Of a DNA stretch of 5,892 bases, positions 1 through 5,892 are shown piece after piece. The translations under genes and the position numbers were made by a program. This DNA comes from Tubiluchus corallicola (Eukaryota > Animalia > Priapulida). The notes under the pieces are model-generated. The model saw only the letters and a program-made list of their open reading frames with translations. It was not told where the DNA came from and made no database searches. The stretch's first letter is position 1. Each line of letters begins with the position of its first letter. The DNA lies in assembly GCA_030141605.1 (NCBI GenBank), contig JAQGDQ010002256.1, positions 1 through 5,892 on the forward strand, read 5' to 3'.

Positions 1-375
1 ATAAGTTTAAATTATAACATTTAAAAGAATGTTATAATTTTTCTGCACAGTTTTTAGTCTTGTATCTTTTTTTAAAAATGTTATGTTGCACTTTAAACTT
101 GTACTGTACTTGTACTGATACACAATAAAATTCTATAAAAGTATTTTTAATGGAAGTGTGTAATTTTTGACAAAGTTCCAGGTAGTCAGAATATGAATGA
201 AATATAAGATAACAAATTAAAGAAATTAAAGATAACAATACGTATCACTAACTATTGATTATCGTATCAATACTAAAAAATTTTTATGGTTGTACCTATA
301 TTTGTCTAGAATGTCCTCATCACATTGAATTTAGTATGAATCACTTTCTTTTATAAAAGAGTTTTTCTTTGCTTG

Positions 376-578
376 TCAGCACCACTTCCGTTTCAATATC
401 GTCATCATACGCCCGTCACATCCATTGTAGACATTGGGCAGGCAGGATTCTAAGATAAAAGAAATCTGCCCTAGACAGGTAAAGGTAGCACTAGTCCAGC
501 AAGAAACTAGACACTGTTACACCAGTGGCTTCTCAGCACCACTTCCGATTATGGAGCACTACCGATTCCGTTTCAATA
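376..578 (+). repeat. Short interrupted direct repeat: TCAGCACCACTTCCG at 376-390 and 533-547; TTCCGTTTCAATA at 386-398 and 566-578
   Basis: Seen: exact 15-bp and 13-bp matches. The second copy equals the first with a 23-bp insert. Confidence 0.8.
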
Positions 579-827
579 AAGACTCGGTCATTGTTCCTAC
601 AATAGCGGAAGTCTTCACTCAGTTTAATAACGTGCATGGATGACAAGTGTCCTATTTTAGAGGCATTTTCCCAGTTATGCACTGGCATAAATAAACTGAC
701 ATTAATAAAAATAAATTGAACTTCGCAAAACTCAATATTCGAACAATTGAACTTCGAAAAAAGCTTTTGAGTTAAGCAGTGTTGACCATTTTGCAGTATG
801 AAAACTCTTAACCCTCCTCTAGATGGC

Positions 828-944
828 AAGATAAATAGAAGGCGGAAAATCAACCCTTCTATACATTATCGACAAGATTTGATGACAATTGCATAAATAA
901 TAACAAATTATGTAGTGAAACACGATTTTTGATGTTACAAAAGG
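828..944 (+). repeat. Dispersed direct repeat, copy 1 (117 bp)
   Basis: Seen: aligns without gaps to 1348-1464 at an offset of 520, with about 18 mismatches in 117 (~85% identity, hand count). Confidence 0.92.
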
Positions 945-1347
945 ACTAGTACACAACACTGTTAAACAATATGACAGTGTGGCTACAAAAGTCTTTCTGT
1001 TTGTATATAGTTCAATTATTCAATCAGCCGGAAGACGATACTGTTTTTGAGTTGTAGTAAACTTTATTTTTCTAGAGTATAAATTGCATTTTTGAGTATG
1101 GCAAGGTAAATTACATGTATTTTGAATAAATGGACCATATTTTTTATTCAAATTATATATTTTGAGTCTAGCGATGTTTTTTGTAGGAAAAATGAAAGAT
1201 TTCTTCTGTTGTGCTGAAATTCTTTGAGTTAGGAGAAAGAATGGGTTATGCGATTTTGAGTTATACTGAGTTTATTGTGGTCTTGAAGTCTTGAATAACA
1301 TACTTCTAAAAGTCTTTGACGACATATTAGAAGGCCAAAAAATAGAT

Positions 1348-1464
1348 AAGATAAATAGAAGGCAGAAAATCAACCCTTCTATACAAAAATGAGGAATTTT
1401 GATGACAGTTACATAAATAATAACAAATTTTGTAGTGAAACACGAGTTTTTAATGTCCAAAAGG
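1348..1464 (+). repeat. Dispersed direct repeat, copy 2 (117 bp)
   Basis: Seen: second copy of 828-944, beginning AAGATAAATAGAAGGC(G/A)GAAAATCAACCCTTCTATACA. Confidence 0.92.
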
Positions 1465-1572
1465 GCACTTGCTGTTGTTGTCATTGTTGCCGCCGTGTAG
1501 CAGCAAGTCAGCTAGTTTACGCACAACTTGAAGAAAACAGCAAAGATGTCAAAAATGTCATAAGGTCATCAG

Positions 1573-1780
1573 CTAAAGGTCACAAATTTTGCGAGGTCAA
1601 GGTCGTCAACTGAACAACATCAAATGTACCAGGTAAAGGTTGCCAGCTAAAAGTTGTGAAATTTTACAAGCTCAGCATTGCGAACTAAAGGTCACGAAAT
1701 TTTACGAGGTCAAAGTCATTACCTAATTTTCACGAAATTTTATCGGTCATTTGCGACGTGAAGGTCATTAACTAAAGCTT
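1573..1780 (+). repeat. Degenerate ~37-38-bp tandem repeat (about 5 units), consensus approx. CTAAAGGTCACGAAATTTTACGAGGTCAAGGTCATCAG
   Basis: Seen: units start at about 1573, 1610, 1647, 1685, 1723 (longer) and 1772 (partial). The 1573 and 1685 units are the most alike (ctaaaggtcac-aaattttgcgaggtcaaggtc vs ctaaaggtcacgaaattttacgaggtcaaagtc). A further degraded unit probably precedes 1573. Confidence 0.75.
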
Positions 1781-1809
1781 ATTCATTGATTTATTTTCGT
1801 GTATTTCAG

Positions 1810-1991
1810 GAACGGATATGAAAACTCCGCTATCCTTCGACTTCTTTCAAGTCTTTCTTACGGCGTTTACAATCCAGAAGACGCAAGTGTCCAGCTGAGT
1901 GCTGTTGACATGCACTCTCTTGTGATCAGTCACTCCTTATTTCTGAATGTAATGCAAGACGGGTCAGAAGAAGTAAAATCAGATGTTAAAG
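1810..1991 (+). CDS. URB1: Internal coding exon (182 bp, phase 2 in / phase 1 out) of a probable URB1/NPA1 nucleolar pre-ribosomal-associated protein gene
   Basis: Seen: acceptor ttattttcgtgtatttcAG|G (AG 1808-1809), donor AAG|GTgatg (GT 1992-1993), and an open frame NGYENSAILRLLSSLSYGVYNPEDASVQLSAVDMHSLVISHSLFLNVMQDGSEEVKSDVK. From memory, not a search: it aligns with the vertebrate URB1 segment of the form RYQDHTFLKMLL...LLYSPE...VMLMQHSLFLPTLL...EE..DSQVKE (HSLFL motif, Y-x-PE, terminal VK). The final G would start the Glu codon. BLASTX is needed to confirm. Confidence 0.75.
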
Positions 1992-2011
1992 GTGATGTGC
2001 CCGTATATATA

Positions 2012-2065
2012 TTTTCCTTGTCTTTCTCTTCTCTCTTTTCTCTTTCTTTCTCATTCTTTTCTGTT
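2012..2065 (+). repeat. CT-rich low-complexity polypyrimidine tract ending at a TAG (AG 2066-2067)
   Basis: Seen: ttttccttgtctttctcttctctcttttctctttctttctcattcttttctgtt followed by ag. Confidence 0.85.
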
Positions 2066-2067
2066 AG

Positions 2068-2169
2068 CGAAAATGTACAATAAGTCCTCGCTTAACGACG
2101 CTAATGCACTTCAGCAAAATGCGACGTTAAGTGAAACATCGCTAAGCAGAACCAAGCCTTCCGTAGAAG
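2068..2169 (+). other. Candidate cryptic/alternative cassette exon overlapping the MITE left end (102 nt, phase 1-1, stop-free)
   Basis: Seen: long pyrimidine tract plus TAG| acceptor, AAG|GTAACG donor, length divisible by 3, and in frame with the upstream exon. Actual use is inference only. Confidence 0.25.
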
Positions 2170-2676
2170 GTAACGTAAATGAATTTATATACCTGCCAGA
2201 AGCAAAAAATCAATGCTGCTTAAATCATACGCATCAGACATTTAATATGTATTTCTGCCTTTTATTTTCTTACAATGTGCATTGTGGAAGTCAACCTCTG
2301 CATAAAGTCACCTTGAGACAATTTTAGGTAGTACTAATCGGTTGTTATAGCAAAAAGTTGCACACAAAATAGATCTCATATGATACAAATGGGTAGAATT
2401 TAGTATGCAGTCAGCCAGGAAGCAGAAGCATGCATGAGAATTGCACTGTTTAGGTTTCTAATGCATTTTTGAAACAAAATAATGCAATTCGTGCCACTTT
2501 TATGCTTCAAATTAGCAAAAAAAAAGTTGTTGGTAAAATAAAAAATGCCTGTGAGTCGAGTAAAAATTGTCATTAAAATGAAACGTGCGTCGTTAAGTGA
2601 GAAAAAGCTGTCAAATATTCGGCGTCGTTAAAACGAAACGTCGATAAATGGTGAGCCGTTGAGCGAGGACTTACTG
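2078..2676. mobile_element. Non-autonomous Tc1/mariner-superfamily (pogo/Tigger-like) DNA transposon / MITE, 599 bp
   Basis: Seen: 20-bp terminal inverted repeats CAATAAGTCCTCGCTTAACG (2078-2097) and CGTTGAGCGAGGACTTACTG (2657-2676; reverse complement CAGTAAGTCCTCGCTCAACG), 18/20 identical. TA flanks both ends (2076-2077, 2677-2678). There is no transposase-length ORF. Established: a TA target-site duplication with CAGT-starting short TIRs is typical of pogo/Tigger elements. Confidence 0.9.
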
Positions 2677-2833
2677 TATTGCTATACTATATGGGACATT
2701 GCTGATGTGCTAATTGTGAAAGTCATATTTAAAGTTGAAGATCACTCACTTTGTAGAACAAGAATAAAAAGCTATACTACATATTTGCATAGAAAAGTGT
2801 TTATTAACTACATACACATAAGTAGAATGACTG

Positions 2834-5800
2834 CTGCACTGAACACTGAGAGTGAGAGTGTCCTGCACTGAACACTGAGAGTGAGAGTGTCCTGCACTGA
2901 ACACTGAGAATGAGAGTGTCCTGCACTGAACACTGAGAGTGAGAGTGTCCTGCACTGAACACTGAGAGTGAGAGTGTCCTGCACTGAACACTGAGAGTGA
3001 GAGTGTCCTGCACTGAACACTGAGAGTGAGAGTGTCCTGCACTGAACACTGAGAGTGAGAGTGTCCTGCACTGAACACTGAGAATGAGAGTGTCCTGCAC
3101 TGAACACTGAGAGTGAGAGTGTCCTGCACTGAACACTGAGAGTGAGAGAGAGTCCTGCACTGAACACTGAGAGTGAGAGTGTCCTGCACTGAACACTGAG
3201 AATGAGAGTGTCCTGCACTGAACACTGAGAATGAGAGTGTCCTGCACTGAACACTGAGAGTGAGAGTGTCCTGCACTGAACACTGAGAATGAGAGTGTCC
3301 TGCACTGAACACTGAGAGTGAGAGTGTCCTGCACTGAACACTGAGAATGAGAGTGTCCTGCACTGAACACTGAGAATGAGAGTGTCCTGCACTGAACACT
3401 GAGAGTTAGAGTGTCCTGCACTGAACACTGAGAGTGAGAGAGTCCTGCACTGAACACTGAGAATGAGAGTGTCCTGCACTGAACACTGAGAGTGAGAGTG
3501 TCCTGCACTGAACACTGAGAGTGAGAGTGTCCTGCACTGAACACTGAGAGTGAGAGTGTCCTGCACTGAACACTGAGAGTGAGAGTGTCCTGCACTGAAC
3601 ACTGAGAGTTAGAGAGTCCTGCACTGAACACTGTGAGTGAGAGTGTCCTGCACTGAACACTGAGAATGAGAGAGTCCTGCACTGAACACTGAGAGTTAGA
3701 GCGTCCTGCACTGAACACTGAGAGTGAGAGCGTCCTGCACTGAACACTGAGAATGAGAGAGTCCTGCACTGAACACTGAGAGTTAGAGTGTCCTGCACTG
3801 AACACTGTGAATGAGAGAGTCCTGCACTGAACACTGAGAGTTAGAGTGTCCTGCACTGAACACTGTGAATGAGAGAGTCCTGCACTGAACACTGTGAATG
3901 AGAGAGTCCTGCACTGAACACTGAGAGTTAGAGTGTCCTGCACTGAACACTGAGAGTTAGAGCGTCCTGCACTGAACACTGAGAGTGAGAGCGTCCTGCA
4001 CTGAACACTGAGAGTTAGAGCGTCCTGCACTGAACACTGTGAGTTAGAGAGTCCTGCACTGAACACTGTGAGTGAGAGTGTCCTGCACTGAACACTGAGA
4101 ATGAGAGAGTCCTGCACTGAACACTGAGAGTTAGAGCGTCCTGCACTGAACACTGAGAGTGAGAGCGTCCTGCACTGAACACTGAGAGTTAGAGTGTCCT
4201 GCACTGAACACTGTGAATGAGAGAGTCCTGCACTGAACACTGAGAATGAGAGTGTCCTGCACTGAACACTGAGAGTGAGAGTGTCCTGCACTGAACACTG
4301 AGAATGAGAGAGTCCTGCACTGAACACTGAGAATGAGAGTGTCCTGCACTGAACACTGAGAGTGAGAGTGTCCTGCACTGAACACTGAGAATGAGAGTGT
4401 CCTGCACTGAACACTGAGAGTGAGAGTGTCCTGCACTGAACACTGAGAGTGAGAGTGTCCTGCACTGAACACTGAGAATGAGAGTGTCCTGCACTGAACA
4501 CTGAGAGTGAGAGTGTCCTGCACTGAACACTGAGAGTGAGAGTGTCCTGCACTGAACACTGAGAATGAGAGTGTCCTGCACTGAACACTGAGAGTGAGAG
4601 TGTCCTGCACTGAACACTGAGAGTGAGAGTGTCCTGCACTGAACACTGAGAGTGAGAGTGTCCTGCACTGAACACTGAGAGTGAGAGTGTCCTGCACTGC
4701 ACACTGAGAGTGAGAGTGTCCTGCACTGAACACTGTGAATGAGAGAGTCCTGCACTGAACACTGTGAATGAGAGTGTCCTGCACTGAACACTGTGAATGA
4801 GAGTGTCCTGCACTGAACACTGTGAATGAGAGTGTCCTGCACTGAACACTGTGAATGAGAGTGTCCTGCACTGAACACTGTGAATGAGAGTGTCCTGCAC
4901 TGAACACTGAGAGTGAGAGTGTCCTGCACTGCACACTGAGAATGAGAGTGTCCTGCACTGAACACTGAGAGTGAGAGTGTCCTGCACTGAACACTGAGAG
5001 TGAGAGAGTCCTGCACTGAACACTGAGAGTGAGAGAGAGTCCTGCACTGAACACTGAGAGTGAGAGAGAGTCCTGCACTGAACACTGAGAGTGAGAGAGA
5101 GTCCTGCACTGAACACTGTGAGTGAGAGAGAGTCCTGCACTGAACACTGAGAATGAGAGAGAGTCCTGCACTGAACACTGAGAGTTAGAGAGAGTCCTGC
5201 ACTGAACACTGAGAGTGAGAGAGAGTCCTGCACTGAACACTGAGAGTGAGAGAGAGTCCTGCACTGAACACTGAGAGTGAGAGAGAGTCCTGCACTGAAC
5301 ACTGAGAGTGAGAGAGTGTCCTGCACTGAACACTGAGAGTGTCCTGCACTGAACACTGAGTGTCCTGCACTGAACACTGAGTGTCCTGCACTGAACGCAG
5401 AGAGCGAGAGTGTCCTGCACTGAACACTGAGAGTGAGAGTGTCCTGCACTGAACACTGAGAGTGAGAGTGTCCTGCACTGAACACTGAGAGTGAGAGTGT
5501 CCTGCACTGAACACTGTGAATGAGAGTGTCCTGCACTGAACACTGAGAGCGAGAGTGTCCTGCACTGAACACAGAGAGCGAGAGTGTCCTGCACTGAACA
5601 CTGAGAGCGAGAGTGTCCTGCACTGAACACTGAGAGCGAGAGTGTCCTGCACTGAACACTGAGAGCGAGAGTGTCCTGCACTGAACACTGAGAATGAGAG
5701 TGTCCTGCACTGAACACTGAGAGCGAGAGTGTCCTGCACTGAACACTGAGAGCGAGAGTGTCCTGCACTGAACACTGAGAGTGAGAGTGTCCTGCACTGA

Positions 5801-5892
5801 ACACTGAGAGTGAGAGTGTCCTGCACTGAACACTGAGAGTGAGAGTGTCCTGCACTGAACACTGAGAGTGAGAGTGTCCTGCACTGAACACT
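2834..5892. repeat. 29-bp minisatellite / tandem array, consensus CTGCACTGAACACTGAGAGTGAGAGTGTC, about 105 full units, truncated by the window end
   Basis: Seen: head-to-tail units with a near-invariant GTCCTGCACTGAACAC core and a GA-rich variable part. By my count there are 91 units of 29 bp, 11 of 31 bp, one of 23 bp, two of 21 bp and a final partial unit. Confidence 0.99.

Noticed and set aside
380-478. Upstream coding exon (tttttctttgcttgtcAG| ... CAG|GTaaag, 99 nt)
   Set aside because: Splice-like ends, but stop codons in all three + frames. It could only be a non-coding or poison exon, and there is no evidence for that.
714-756. 12-bp direct repeat AATTGAACTTCG (714-725, 745-756) and nearby small hairpins (675-690, 956-980)
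   Set aside because: Real but short, consistent with ordinary local slippage or chance in AT-rich DNA, with no further structure to interpret.
1076-1105. 30-nt microexon (ttttttctAG| ... AAG|GTaaat)
   Set aside because: Only the phase 0-0 frame is open, which is incompatible with the phase-2 start of the 1810 exon. Such sites are common by chance in AT-rich introns.
32-1613. Short ORFs 32-238, 434-643, 533-853, 1272-1484, 1389-1613 (and 2659-2871)
   Set aside because: Short, mostly non-ATG, AT-rich or repeat-derived, with no recognisable motif. The CCCCHCC run reflects a TGT/TGC microsatellite-like stretch.
1799-2083. 94-aa single-exon ORF
   Set aside because: It has a GTG start, and its tail (FSLSFSSLFSLSFSFF) is just the CT tract. 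The real coding part is the splice-bounded 1810-1991.
1983-2327. 114-aa ORF with a signal-peptide-like hydrophobic N-terminus
   Set aside because: The hydrophobicity comes from the polypyrimidine tract, and the remainder is MITE sequence.
2834-2862. Metal-response elements or a stable hairpin in each repeat unit
   Set aside because: TGCACTG does not fit the MRE core TGCRCNC, and the ACACT/AGTGT stem is only 5 bp.
2746-5891. Seven overlapping long minus-strand ORFs as protein-coding genes
   Set aside because: All are translations of the same stop-free 29-bp repeat in different frames, with non-ATG starts. They are not called as CDS, and only the frame-bias curiosity is kept as a finding.
2834-5892. 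CRISPR array (constant core alternating with a variable part)
   Set aside because: The variable parts are ~13-bp near-identical variants of one sequence, not unique 25-45-bp spacers. There is no leader or cas gene, and the context is a spliced eukaryotic gene.

Overview
AT-rich eukaryotic (metazoan-looking, probably invertebrate) genomic DNA, mostly intron, with no sign of a prokaryotic system. The left half holds one convincing 182-bp internal coding exon on + (1810-1991) whose peptide resembles URB1/NPA1, a nucleolar pre-ribosomal-associated protein. Upstream of it are a ~117-bp dispersed direct repeat with a conserved hairpin and a degenerate ~38-bp AGGTCA-rich tandem repeat. Downstream are a polypyrimidine tract and a 599-bp TA-flanked pogo/Tigger-type MITE (2078-2676). 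The right half (2834 to the window end) is a 29-bp minisatellite of about 105 units with variant domains, and it generates all the long minus-strand ORFs. The most interesting leads are a possible in-frame 102-nt cassette exon built from the MITE's left end, the variant architecture of the array, and one antisense frame that escapes all 12 stop-creating variants. I cannot support a new biological system from this window alone.
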